A stretch of DNA of 36,992 nucleotides from assembly GCF_001194135.2 (NCBI RefSeq), contig NC_068989.1, positions 16,093,831 to 16,130,822 on the forward strand, in the 5' to 3' direction. The position numbers and the translations under genes are program-made. Of the stretch, positions 1 through 11,022 are shown one piece after another. How positions within the stretch are numbered: the first letter of the stretch is position 1; each line of letters opens with the position of its first letter. The stretch is from Octopus bimaculoides. Taxonomy: Eukaryota. The notes below the pieces were generated by a model that was not told the DNA's origin, ran no database searches, and saw only the letters and a program-made list of their open reading frames with translations.

Positions 1-46
1 TATATATATATATATATATATATATAGTATATGTGTGTGTATTGGT
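1..46. repeat. (TA)n/(TG)n microsatellite
   Basis: Seen directly. Confidence 0.95.
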
Positions 47-1479
47 TTTGTTACTGTTTCAATGCCTGAATATATCTGTGCGTGTGTATTTGTGTGTCTT
101 GTCAGGAAAATTTACTAGGAGTGTCTCCCGCATGAAGAATATATAGTCAAGTGTAAGCAAGAATAGCATTGTGAACAAAAATATTACTTTAGTCTCCATT
201 GACATTATGGCCATAATCAAATGCTCCGCTTACACATTTCCATTTAATCTTTGGTCAACTGAAATTTCCAAACCTCCTTTGTTCCATTTAGATGTATTTT
301 AATTAACGCTAAAGAATTTCCTTTTCATTACAGTTATAATCACAACTGGTTAAGAATTATTTTCAGCTGAGCACCACATTAAGTATATTAGCTTGCACTT
401 AATTAAACATTCTTCATGCAGATGGTACCATGGGAAATTTTCCAGTAACATTATTGTAATTTTTTTTATTGTCAGGGAATTATTTTCACATTCAAATCTC
501 TGTACCCTTGAAATCACTCTATCTTGTTAATTGTATTATGTAGACTGCACTTTGCCGTCGACGAAAAATAACGTACAAACTTGTTCGAAGTTCTCACCAT
601 AGCAACCAAAAAATCTGATACATTTCGACCCGCCGCATATCTGCATTGATTTTTGTTCTATAGAAATTCAGGAGTCCTTTCTCTTGCTCTATTTAAGAAG
701 AAGTCTCAATTCTCATGAATGCCAATGATATATTTTCTCATAGCAATTATAATTTTAATTGAATTAAAATAATTTTCGGTTAATGATTCATTAAGTTGCA
801 CTTAACTATATCTGAAGTATTCTGTATATGTCGCTTAGTTTATATCTTTAGAAATGATTGTAGATTGTATTTATATATCAATGTTGTTCATGTGACTGAA
901 CACATTGCATTATGTCTTTACATCCATTTATACCACGAGGGCATATATCTATACATTTATCTATCGTGCGTGGGTGTCTTCATATCCAACACTTGCATTT
1001 GTGTGCCTATATTTCCTTGTATTGTATCTATACATATATCTATTGAGTGCACTATTCGAATATTCAGTCTATGGGTTTATGCATATCTGCGTTTTTGTAT
1101 ATGTGTCTATACGTCCATTTATTGTGTCTATTTGTCGGTTATCCATACATTGGAAGGAATTACGCAACAGACCATAACGTTTATGAATGAGATGTAATTC
1201 ATTAAGAGAAAATGTGAATCGCAGTTTCGATTTAATTAGGTTTCATCAACGTCGATGAGGATATGAACACACGTGTTCTTGAGATTACTTATTTGACACT
1301 CAGTGTGTAAAACAAATATTCTTGAGTGAGGTTTTGATAGTAATTGTTAGAGGAAAATTACATAACATCACCAGCGCGTGAATTAATTCAGTGTAAGATC
1401 TGAGAGACATTATGCTGCTATTTCTAACAAGTCGAATGAAGCTTCTAAAACTCACTGAGACATTGTTACAGTATTATTT

Positions 1480-1665
1480 GTTATTGTATCACAGATCAGG
1501 CCTATTTAAGGTGTTCCAGCCATGACCACCCTGGTTTTATGTAGCTCCTTAACTACATTGTCGAATGTAACCTTCGTTTTTCAAGAAGATAGGCTGTCAC
1601 TTCAGAGATGATTTGGTTGCTGTGTGTAGAAGTTCGAGTAGCCACATGCAAGCTGCTTCATTGAC
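1480..1665 (-). mobile_element. Family D unclassified short interspersed repeat (degraded copy)
   Basis: Shares motifs 'ttccagccatgacc' and 'gatttggttgctg..tag' with the copies at 3355, 3595 and 27745; begins with the reverse complement of an (AAC)n-like tail. Confidence 0.6.
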
Positions 1666-2149
1666 TCACCAAAAGCTTCTCTGTATAACTATATAATACA
1701 TAATGTTCGTGTCATAGTCAGCATTAGTCAGCGCACAAAGTGGCATGGCTAACTAGCGGGTACCACAGGTAATGCTATCAAATATACTTTTACCATTGCG
1801 GGTAATACTAAATAATATTACATGGGTGCAATGAGTGTAATTTTACAAAATCATCCTATCCGTTATACGATGGTTAATGCAGGGAACATTCGTTTGCCAT
1901 TGAAGGTAATATCAAGTAATAATACATCTCTAATTAATTGATAGTTAAACAGTGCTGATGCTATTGATAACATATTCAATGTGAATATATTAATGAGAAT
2001 TTAATTTAATTTGATTTAACCTAATTTTAATTGAATAAATATTTTTATTTACAAAATTAGCGAGCATTTTATGGTTTTGTACAGCTACAATGTAATTTGA
2101 AAAAGTAAAATTATATTTTTGTACATATTTGAATAGCTTAAATGGGTCT

Positions 2150-2240
2150 CCGCCAGATTCGACGATGAGTATTCAGTTGTTCGATTAACTGATTACCTGC
2201 ACCTTGAAATAGCTGCGTATTTAATTAAAACGTGTATTTT
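2150..2240 (+). mobile_element. Degenerate Penelope-like terminal fragment with a decayed hammerhead-like motif
   Basis: acgatga - stem (gtattcagtt/aactgattac) - gaaatagctgc mirrors the better copy at 32397-32444 (ccgatga..gaaacagctgt). Confidence 0.35.
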
Positions 2241-2249
2241 ATGATTTTA

Positions 2250-2660
2250 TTAAGTCCTTTGCTCCCTGTGGAGCATGGGCCATCGACGACTAATTTCTAT
2301 TCTTTTCAACTTTAGGCTGTGTTTTCTGCTTCTCTTCGGCTGGATCCATGCTTTTTCAGAATCTCTTCTGCCTCCTTTGTGGGTTCCATCTCCAGTTAAT
2401 CTCCAGGCATGTTTCCCTGAAGGAAGGCCTTCCTCCCTCTGGTCTTGTCCGATTTGAATTGTCATCGATACTTCAGTAACTTGTTTTCTTCTTCTCAGTA
2501 GGGCTGTCGGTTCTACTCAAGCCCCTTTTTACCGTTAGGAAGAGCTGGTCCATATTAGTCTGGCTTCTTTCAATTGATCTATCCAGTATGGGAGCCTTGC
2601 GTTCCACTGGCATAACTCTTAGGATGATTAAGACACACAAGCCATTACATCGCAACAAGG
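2250..2660 (-). mobile_element. RTE-clade LINE derivative: ORF C-terminus/3' end apparently fused to a 5'-UTR-like segment
   Basis: Minus frame reads EAEEILKKHGSSRREAENTA*..LVVDGPCSTGSKG, like RTE C-termini (…EAEKTAQDR.RWRS.VDGLCSTGS). 2480-2660 resembles RTE 5' UTR sequence (recalled similarity only). Confidence 0.6.
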
Positions 2661-2679
2661 ACAGGATCTTATGGCGAAT

Positions 2680-2950
2680 AAAGGTGTACCCTTAGCATAA
2701 TTCTCAGGGTATATGAGCGTGACACTTTTGTGGGATAAGTCAGGATCCTTGTATATTACAGGCACAGTCCATCTAACGCAATGCATCAAACATTTAATAC
2801 GGTTTCCATCTACCCAATGTCATTTAAAATGCTTGAATCACTTAAAATATTTGGATGCTCTGGTAAAAGACTGTTACGTAAGGTGTCACGCAATGGGATC
2901 GAACTCGAGACATCATGATAGTGAAACCAACTTCGTAACCATTAACTGGT
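2680..2950 (-). mobile_element. Degraded SINE fragments (family C body 2680-2775; family A 5' half 2800-2950)
   Basis: 'gtgtacccttagcataattctc..gtgacac' matches 15800-15823 and the reverse complement of the 36131-36430 copy; 'aaggtgtcacgcaatgggatcgaactcgag' matches the reverse complement of the family A head. Confidence 0.6.
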
Positions 2951-3059
2951 ATTACCCGCAAGAGTGGAACTATATTCCGAACATTATTCATCATATGACG
3001 GATTATACAAAAGTAATATGCTTCACTACATTTGTCTTTGTGTTCTTTCTATTTTTTTT

Positions 3060-3270
3060 TTTTACTTGTTTCATTCATAAGACTGCGGTCGTGCTGGGGT
3101 ACCAACTTGAAGAATTTTAGTCAAGCAAATCGACCCCAGTACTTATGTCTGTTTTTAAAGTCTCTTTTGTCCAACTGCTAATTTGTTTACGAGGATGTAA
3201 ACAAATCAACACCGGTTGTCAACCGCTGGATGGCCAGTAGGGTGACACACAGACACAAAGACACAGGCAT
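3060..3270 (-). mobile_element. SINE family A 3' half (degraded)
   Basis: 'gactgcggtcgtgctggggtacc…ttagtcaagcaaatcgaccccag…caccggttgtcaac' is the reverse complement of 4880-5040. Confidence 0.75.
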
Positions 3271-3354
3271 AAGTGCCAACAGATCTTCGTATCTCAACTT
3301 ACTGCTGGTACTGCTATTACATTTTTTGCCTTTTTGTAACGCTTTCCTTGTTAT

Positions 3355-3560
3355 CCTTCTTGTTGTTTTAGTCCCAGGCTAGTCCTCATAGAGTAGACCT
3401 ATCATTAAAGGCGTTCCAGCCACGACGGTCATATATTTGTTATGTAATATCAGAGACTATATTGTCCAATGTTTTCTTCATTATTTCAGCTGGTGGGGTT
3501 GTTTTTCGAGAGAGATTTGACTGTTATTTCTATAAAATCGAGTGTTTAATATCGCTGACA
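3355..3560 (-). mobile_element. Family D repeat copy
   Basis: ttgttgttttagtcccagg…agacctatcattaaaggcgttccagccacgac…gagagatttgactgttatttcta. Confidence 0.65.
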
Positions 3561-3594
3561 TTTAAGCGTTTTTTTCTTGTTGTTGGATATAGTC

Positions 3595-3780
3595 TTCAGT
3601 AGTTGTTTAACTATAGAACAACCAGATAAAAAGCATTCCAACCATGACCACCTTGTCTTTTTTTTTGGTAAGGACGGTCACATGTACATTTATATTAACG
3701 GATGTATATCCTCTTTTTAAAAGACGTGGGGTTTGAAGGTCATTTGGCTGCTACTTCTAACAGGCCGAGCGACCAAGTCG
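3595..3780 (-). mobile_element. Family D repeat copy
   Basis: gcattccaaccatgacc…catttggctgctacttctaacaggccgagcgacc. Confidence 0.65.
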
Positions 3781-4253
3781 CAGCTACTTTGTTGTGGTGG
3801 TGGCGGTGGTGGCGAGGGGGTTGGGGTAGATATATTGTTGTCGTCATCGTTGTCGTAATTGTTATTACTGTCGTCTACATTTTCGAAATTGCTGGTCTTG
3901 TTTTCCTCTCTCATTTACGTCATTATCATTGTTGCAGATATATTGGGATTTTTTTTTTCCTAATCATTTCGACGTTGTTCTAATGCTGATATTCTGTTAG
4001 TTACAGCTGAGGTGTTTGCTGTTGTTATGGTTACGCTTCTTAATCATTTTTGTTCCTTTTGTTATTTCCATGTTCTTGATGTTTTCATTATATTCTGGCT
4101 TAATCAGAGAACGTAAATCGGTACTATTGAATTTGCAAGGTAGAGGAACTGAAGGGAAGGATTTCTTCTCAATCTGCAATCTAAGACAAATATTTGCAAC
4201 GAAGTAGACGGCGTTAACGGCGATTAGAAGCTACGTGGTGGTGTTAAAATGAG

Positions 4254-4422
4254 TGAGGGATTGGCTGTGTGGTACGTAGCTTGCTTACCAACCACATGGT
4301 TCCGGGTTCATTCCCACTGCGTGGCACCTTGGGCATGTGTCTTCTACTATAGCCTCGGGCTGACCAAAGCCTTGTGAGTGGATTTGGTAGTCGGAAACTG
4401 AAAGAAGCCTGTCGTATATATG

Positions 4423-4463
<41 letters not shown>

Positions 4464-5056
4464 TAATATATACTTTTGTTATTTNNNNNNNNNNNNNNNN
4501 NNNNNNNNNNNNNNNNNNNNNNNNNNNNNNNNNNNNNNNNNNNNNNNNNNNNNNNNNNNNNNNNNNNNNNNNNNNNNNNNNNNNNNNNNNNNNNNNNNNN
4601 NNNNNNNNNNNNNNNNNNNNNNNNNNNNNNNNNNNNNNNNNNNNNNNNNNNNNNNNNNNNNNNNNNNNNNNNNNNNNNNNNNNNNNNNNNNNNNNNNNNN
4701 NNNNNNNNNNNNNNNNNNNNNNNNNNNNNNNNNNNNNNNNNNNNNNNNNNNNNNNNNNNNNNNNNNNNNNNNNNNNNNNNNNNNNNNNNNNNNNNNNNNN
4801 NNNNNNNNNNNNNNNNTATATGTATGTATGTATGTATGTGTGTGTATATGTTTGCGTGTCTGTGTTTGTCCCCCCAACATCGCTTGACAACCGATGGTGG
4901 TGTGCTTACGTCCCCGTACCTTAGCGGTTCGGCAAAAGAACCCCGATAGAATAAGTACTAGGCATCCAAAGAATAAGTCCTGGGGTCGATTTGCTTGACT
5001 AAAAGGCGGTGCTCCAGCATGGCCGCAGTCAAATGACTGAAACAAGTAAAAGAGAG
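4254..5056 (+). mobile_element. SINE family A, full length: tRNA-like head, 5' body, internal (TA)n/(TG)n microsatellite (gapped), 3' body, (AAAAGAG)-like tail
   Basis: Head with A-box-like tggctgtgtggt and B-box-like ggttccgggttcattcc. Near-identical to 20686, 35609 and the reverse complement of 36680. Likely one of the octopus tRNA-derived SINEs; exact family name not assignable. Confidence 0.9.
4485..4816. other. Assembly gap. Other gaps: 6085-6668, 15824-16564, 25882-26342, 30638-30804, 32750-32888, 34263-34709, 35795-36130
   Basis: N runs seen directly; every gap abuts a microsatellite or a SINE. Confidence 1.
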
Positions 5057-5084
5057 TTCCTCCACCCGATTGGCTTCAACACAT

Positions 5085-5370
5085 TTTCCGGCTATCAAAT
5101 TTCATCTACAAAATTTTTAGTCTACTCGAGAGTATGGTAAACGGCACTTGCCCAAGTTAACGTGCATTGGAATAGAACCTGAAACACATGATTTTGAAGT
5201 GAACTTCTTAACTACATAATCGTGCGCACTGGAATAGAACCCGGAACCATATGGTTTTTAAAGTGAACATGTTAACCATATAAGAATGTGTGCGCCCAAT
5301 TTTAACTCAGACGAGAACAAATGCTGTGAGGCGTTCAGTCTGATGCTCTACCGATTCTACCATACCAACA
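5085..5370 (-). mobile_element. Old SINE A 5' half with tandemly duplicated head, followed by a degraded SINE B head
   Basis: Two copies of 'ggaatagaacc.g.aac.cat..tttt.aagtgaac' at about 5169 and 5230; 5300-5370 resembles 'aatttgaactcagaacg…gccagctcgccgcct'. Confidence 0.55.
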
Positions 5371-5940
5371 CCCTCAGAGATTTTTAAATTATATTAATTT
5401 TGTTAATGAAATGGAAAAATTAATGATTTTATTCAACTAAGTTCAGAAATGGTTTGCATATAGTTGCGACGTTGTGATGTTGTGATGCATCTCTTTTATT
5501 TGCAGAATGGAAATCATCATTCGAACATAAAACATGAAATTTTAATTTTCAAAAGAATCGTTATTCGAATATGAAGCAAACTCCCAATAGTGTAACCAAC
5601 TGAATTGTCTTCGACAGCCATTTATTTGCCAGTTCTCTTAAATTTGGCCTGTTGGATCGAAGTTCACGCAGAATAATTTCTAATCGCTAATCACAATAGA
5701 AAGTCAGTAATGAAAACATGTTTTCGTTTCTCTTGCTATTTCTGGCATATCACCAATTCTTCAAAGTTAAAACCGGGTATTAACGAAATAAAGCATAATT
5801 TTCAATAGATTGTTTTTTTTTTTTTTTAATGTTTCTTTTTACTTGGTTGACTCATCACCTATTTCTGTCACGTGCTATATTAAATTGCCCCGTTTCTGGC
5901 CTTTTGGGTGGTGGTATTTGCATTTGTCTTCCATTTATAG

Positions 5941-5973
5941 GGTAGATTCCCTAATGACATATTTCTAAGGGAA
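5941..5973 (+). CDS. Candidate 33-nt internal exon (GRFPNDIFLRE), host gene unknown
   Basis: Acceptor tttgcatttgtcttccatttatag|G, donor GAA|gtatgt; only the phase-0 frame is open; no homology recognised. Confidence 0.3.
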
Positions 5974-6668
5974 GTATGTTTACGACCTCATTATGCACAC
6001 CATATAAAATTTATTAAAATTTAATGTTATTTTAAAATCATATTTGTTTAAGTTTTAGATTATCGAGACACATGCACAATATATNNNNNNNNNNNNNNNN
6101 NNNNNNNNNNNNNNNNNNNNNNNNNNNNNNNNNNNNNNNNNNNNNNNNNNNNNNNNNNNNNNNNNNNNNNNNNNNNNNNNNNNNNNNNNNNNNNNNNNNN
6201 NNNNNNNNNNNNNNNNNNNNNNNNNNNNNNNNNNNNNNNNNNNNNNNNNNNNNNNNNNNNNNNNNNNNNNNNNNNNNNNNNNNNNNNNNNNNNNNNNNNN
6301 NNNNNNNNNNNNNNNNNNNNNNNNNNNNNNNNNNNNNNNNNNNNNNNNNNNNNNNNNNNNNNNNNNNNNNNNNNNNNNNNNNNNNNNNNNNNNNNNNNNN
6401 NNNNNNNNNNNNNNNNNNNNNNNNNNNNNNNNNNNNNNNNNNNNNNNNNNNNNNNNNNNNNNNNNNNNNNNNNNNNNNNNNNNNNNNNNNNNNNNNNNNN
6501 NNNNNNNNNNNNNNNNNNNNNNNNNNNNNNNNNNNNNNNNNNNNNNNNNNNNNNNNNNNNNNNNNNNNNNNNNNNNNNNNNNNNNNNNNNNNNNNNNNNN
6601 NNNNNNNNNNNNNNNNNNNNNNNNNNNNNNNNNNNNNNNNNNNNNNNNNNNNNNNNNNNNNNNNNNNN

Positions 6669-6720
<52 letters not shown>

Positions 6721-6722
<2 letters not shown>

Positions 6723-6795
6723 AAGGTGCATGGCTCATTGGTTAGAGCGTCAAGCTTACGATCGTGAGGTTGTGAGTTCGAATCCCGGACCGGGA
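6721..6795 (+). mobile_element. tRNA-derived SINE head (family C type), truncated
   Basis: A-box tggctcattgg and B-box gttcgaatc, ending at 'accggg' where the family C body starts at 36131. The acceptor stem does not close, so it is not called a tRNA. Confidence 0.7.
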
Positions 6796-8272
6796 TTTTT
6801 AGCAAACTGAACGACCATATGGAGGTTCTCTCATTGACTCAATCTGAATTTTAGTAGGTACTGCAAATGATATTATTCACAAGTATAAGCAAAAGTATGT
6901 CAGTTGCCTTGCTCGGAAAAGCTTCTTGTAATAATCCAACAACCAGCATCCTATCTTAAGAGAAATTTATCTCTAATCCTCTTCATACAATGAAAGCTGA
7001 TGAAAGTCTTTGCTTCATAGCTTTCAGACAAAGAAGATTTCTGGTCACAATATAATTAAAACATCTACAGAATTTTCTTACGGAAGAATTGATCATAACT
7101 CATAATTCAAGAATATGAAATGTCTTACTTTTACAAATTACTTACAATCTATCTTTATCTCGATTAGTCAATTCTATTTCGTGTATCTACTTGCATCCCA
7201 TTTGATTGATTTAATCATATTAAATGTTTTGGCTTTTGGCAGTAGACTTCGAATTATCGAATCATCAACTTATAGTTCAGTACCTTATCAACTTGATGGC
7301 TATGTGTCTCTTGAATTAAAAAAGTTAAGCTTTTTCAATGTCTTTGAGATTTAATCCTGCCTTTCATAGGTTTTAATGAATGAGATGCAAATTTCTTCTT
7401 GAATAAGTTATTGGCTATAGCAAGGACCCTTTACAAGAACTAATCGAAGTGAACTCTGAAAACCAGCGTCTCAGTAAAGCCTCACCTCTTTAGAATTACA
7501 TTCATCTGTGTGAGCATAAGTAACAGTATTATAACTTTGTGTTTCAACTTCAAGAAACTTCAGCGGAATAATCCTCACTCTGTATCAATTTGAAATTACT
7601 GCAGCACAATAGTTCCACCTCTGTTTCAATTTCACTCTAGTGTTCAATAAATAATTCTTTATTAGTGGTATCTAACCAGTGGAAATTATAGAAGTAGTAA
7701 ACAACATCATTCCTTAAGCTTAAGTTTCGAATTATAACATTCCTAAGGCCAACATTAAATATAACAAGAACGTGTGGAATGAGGGACAGTACGTAGTCGG
7801 TAAATCTGCTAGAAATAGCAGGTAAATAATTGACAAACTACGGACTGTCTTTTCTATGGATCGTATTATATATTGTATTAGTAACAACACCATGCTGCAT
7901 CGGAAAGTAATACCTTAATAGCATTGGAAACAATTGCTGATCACATATGTAATATATTCCACACATATCTGCGAAATAATGCGCACTTTTTGTCATATCT
8001 TTGATGTTTAAGCACTATCATTTCTACATCACATCACGCTCTTCTATATGGTCTTGAGAGTAATCAGATATAAACTTTATAAGTAGTTAATCAAAACCAA
8101 CATTAAGTAAGAATTAAAAATAAGAGAAAGAAACAAGCAAATTTCCTGCTACACTGATTGTTCGAAGCCGTTTGAATCCCGCTACTAAGGCTCTGATGAA
8201 ATATATCAACACAATACAATCTCATAGCAATCTTTAAAACAATACTTACTTATTTATTCTTAATACGTCTAG

Positions 8273-8293
8273 GCAGGTTCAGATGCAAAATAT
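8273..8293 (+). CDS. Candidate 21-nt micro-exon (AGSDAKY)
   Basis: ttcttaatacgtctag|GCA…TAT|gttagt; the acceptor and exon are duplicated at 8573-8615 without the donor. Confidence 0.2.
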
Positions 8294-8673
8294 GTTAGTG
8301 TAGTATACGTCAAAGGAGAAAACCTCTCTTTTATGCCTACAGTGCGTTCAACACACTCGTCTCATAGACACAGAGAATTCTGGGACACCGGTGTTTCAAA
8401 ATGTTGTTTCTCGCCAACTAGAAAGACCCTGGACTTTTGAGTATAACGAAGTATCTGGCCTTTGTTAATATTTTCAGTGAACAAAATGTTCACTATCGGT
8501 GCTTATATTTTCCAATCGGTATAACATCGTTGTTTGCCTCATGTGCAGCGAGATTTTGGGTGAATATTTCCATATTTATTCTTATTACATTTAGGCAAGT
8601 TCAGATGCAAAATATACTTGTCGTTGTTTGGCTAGACTCAGAGATCCAGGGTACTTCTGGCTGATGTGTCACA

Positions 8674-8887
8674 AGGCGGCGAGCTGGCAGAAACGTTAGC
8701 ACCGAGCGAAATGCTTAGCAGTATTTCTTCTGTCTTTACGTTCTGAGTTCAAATTCCGCCGAGGTCGACTTTGCCTTTCATCCTTTCGGGGTCGATAAAT
8801 TAAGTACCAGTTTTGCACTGGGGTCCATGTAATCGACTTCCCCTCCCCCAAAATTTCGAGCCTTGTGCCTAGAGTAGAAAAGAATAT
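8674..8887 (+). mobile_element. SINE family B (tRNA head plus Meta/MESC-like central domain), tail type 1
   Basis: aggcggcgagctggcagaaacgttagc…gagttcaaattcc; core gcctttcatcctttcggggtcgataaattaagtaccag, recalled as the Meta/MESC domain; tail cttcccctccccc..ccttgtgcc. Confidence 0.9.
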
Positions 8888-9029
8888 GCAGAAACACCGG
8901 TGTCCAGAATCCCATGCCACAATAAATCATGTGTTGAACTCACTATCATCGAAAAAGAGAGAATTTTCTCCTTGACGCACACTACATAGATTAGGCATGA
9001 ACTGTGTTTAAGAATATCGTTTCGCAATT

Positions 9030-9108
9030 ACGTGGTTTCGGGGTTTTGGTTTCAATTTCACTGTGCGGCAACTTAAGAAAGTATCTTCTGACACTGCCTC
9101 GGGTGTGG
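9030..9108 (+). mobile_element. Degraded SINE A head fragment
   Basis: acgtggtttcgggg…tcactgtgcggcaactt..gaaagtatcttctg..gcctcggg parallels the A head. Confidence 0.5.
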
Positions 9109-9124
9109 TATGTATGTATATATG

Positions 9125-9340
9125 TATGTCAAGTCCTCGTTAAAGGTTTGTGATATGCAGGAGACTGACTGGAAGAGCAATACCTGTCATCGCCACGGAT
9201 GGAGGAAGCAGGTTAAGGAGAGGGTCGACACCTTTGAGAGAGTACGTATTCAACATGAAGAATTTAAGCATACTGCTCGAAAGGTGCACTGCTTAAAAAA
9301 AACTGACGCGTATTCTCTAAGTCCAATCTATTAGTGGCAC
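9125..9340 (+). pseudogene. RTE (BovB-like) LINE ORF C-terminal fragment
   Basis: VKSSLKVCDMQETDWKSNTCHRHGWRKQVKERVDTFERVRIQHEEFKHTARK resembles the RTE post-RT segment (…LKASLKAC.I….WE..A.DR..WR..V..G…FE..R). Confidence 0.75.
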
Positions 9341-10312
9341 AGTGAAGATTTGTAAGACATCCCAGAAATTTTCCATGTGAGATTCTTATGTGAATAGTTG
9401 TACACGCTTGGGTGTATGCATCGACAGTTCAATCAACGCACCAACTCAACAAACACCGAGAACTCTCTCAACTCAAAAAGTCTTGCTGCCTTGCTAGCAA
9501 CCGGCTTGAACTCTCTCAAGAAGACTTTCAATTAAACTCAAAGAAAAATCGATACACATATGTGCATTTGCATGCATGTGTGTGTTTGTATTTGCGTGTG
9601 CGTGTGTGTTGAGCAGAGAACAATTAACAAGTTGAAATCGCCTCTTTGGGCTGAAGATTAACACATGGCAATAGTATATAACAGCGTGTCTTCTTGAAAA
9701 ATAATTAATTTGAATGAAAAGGAAAGCCTAAATCCTTACAGCATTCTGAAAATGTTTTACATGTTCAATGAAATGCTCGAAATGAAAGAGAGTTATGCAT
9801 TGTAAACGCTAATTAAATTATTGGCAAAATAGATTGGATATAGTAGTGTACGACATAGTTTTACAGATTATTTATTTATTTATTTAATTTTTTGACAATG
9901 TTGAACATAGATGAGACATTAAGGCACCACGTTTATGCAGAATAAGTCACAAGACTTCAGTTTTCGTTCCTCTGTTTCCAAGTACTCCTGAAGATATGGA
10001 AGTAAACTTTTTTATCCTTTAATATTTTTCTGGCATATAACTTTGTTTTAAGCGCTTCAAAACATGAATAATGTATTATTACATATATTAAGCTCGATCT
10101 ATTTTTGTAATTGGTTCTCGATTGATGAGACAGAAAAGCACCAAAATAAATGTCTTGCGGTCTATTGTTTTGCCTTCTACTTCCTTTCTGATTACCGCTA
10201 CGTAGATTTGAAGTTATTTTAATTTCAAGTAAGCAACAAATGCTTATGGAAATTCAACAGGGTCACGTGTCTTCGTATTTATGTCTATATTTCTATCATC
10301 GAATATATATAT

Positions 10313-10315
10313 GGA

Positions 10316-10359
<44 letters not shown>
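10313..10359. repeat. (GA)n microsatellite
   Basis: Seen directly. Confidence 0.95.
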
Positions 10360-10365
<6 letters not shown>

Positions 10366-10712
10366 TAAAGCAGAAAATGCTCAGAATGCTGAACACTTTC
10401 TATTTTATTAAAAATCTTTCTCTTATTTCCTTCTCTCTCTCTCTTCCTCTCTGTATATCACTGCCCTAGACTGTGGTAATCATACTGAAATATCACTTCG
10501 TATAGACGTAAGGAACCAAAAGCACAAATTATATGGGTAGACGAAATTTCGTCTGTTCTGGCGGTTTTGGTGTGGCTTTAACACTGAACATCTATATGAG
10601 ATGATATCTTAGGACAATTAACCTAGTCTATGATAACATCCAAGTTAAGTTAGATGTGCAAATGAATATTCGTTACAGAAGCTGATTCTATTGCTCTAGC
10701 TAATTTGTATAT

Positions 10713-10713
<1 letters not shown>

Positions 10714-10800
<87 letters not shown>
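10714..10800. repeat. (CA)n microsatellite
   Basis: Seen directly. Confidence 0.95.
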
Positions 10801-10802
<2 letters not shown>

Positions 10803-10914
10803 CTAAAATTTATAGAAAAACAAAAGACGAAGACAAGTGTAGGAACAATAAGCAAGTGTATTAGTTTGACGATCGGGAAAATGGAAAAGTCTATTACTTC
10901 GGTCCGTCGGAGTA

Positions 10915-11022
10915 ACGTGAAATGAAGTGTTTTGCTCAAGAACATAACGCAGTCCAAGAATCGAAATCACAGTCTTACGATCATGAGTCTAACAACCTAA
11001 CCACTGAGCCACGCGCCTCTAC
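10915..11022 (-). mobile_element. tRNA-headed SINE 5' part (family C-like)
   Basis: Reverse complement: gtagaggcgcgtggctcagtggttagg…tttcgattc…gttcttgagcaaaacacttcatttcac. Confidence 0.75.

Noticed and set aside
334-348. 15-nt micro-exon candidate (VIITTG) and possible terminal exon at 5507 (EWKSSFEHKT*)
   Set aside because: Weak donor (gttaag) and no independent support; chance expectation is high.
796-1197. 133-aa and 90-aa ORFs rich in C/I/Y/V
   Set aside because: Decayed TA/TG/TC dinucleotide sequence; the composition is a repeat artefact and no domain is present.
3717-4207. ORFs with poly-P/N/D or hydrophobic stretches; 133-nt exon-like segment 4007-4139
   Set aside because: Derived from decayed trinucleotide repeats and a family D copy.
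6721-6795. Functional tRNA gene
   Set aside because: The acceptor and anticodon stems do not pair, and it ends at the SINE head/body junction.
6991-7026. 13-bp bulged hairpin containing TGATGA (possible C/D snoRNA or hammerhead)
   Set aside because: No D box or GAAA at a suitable position; too short for a pre-miRNA.
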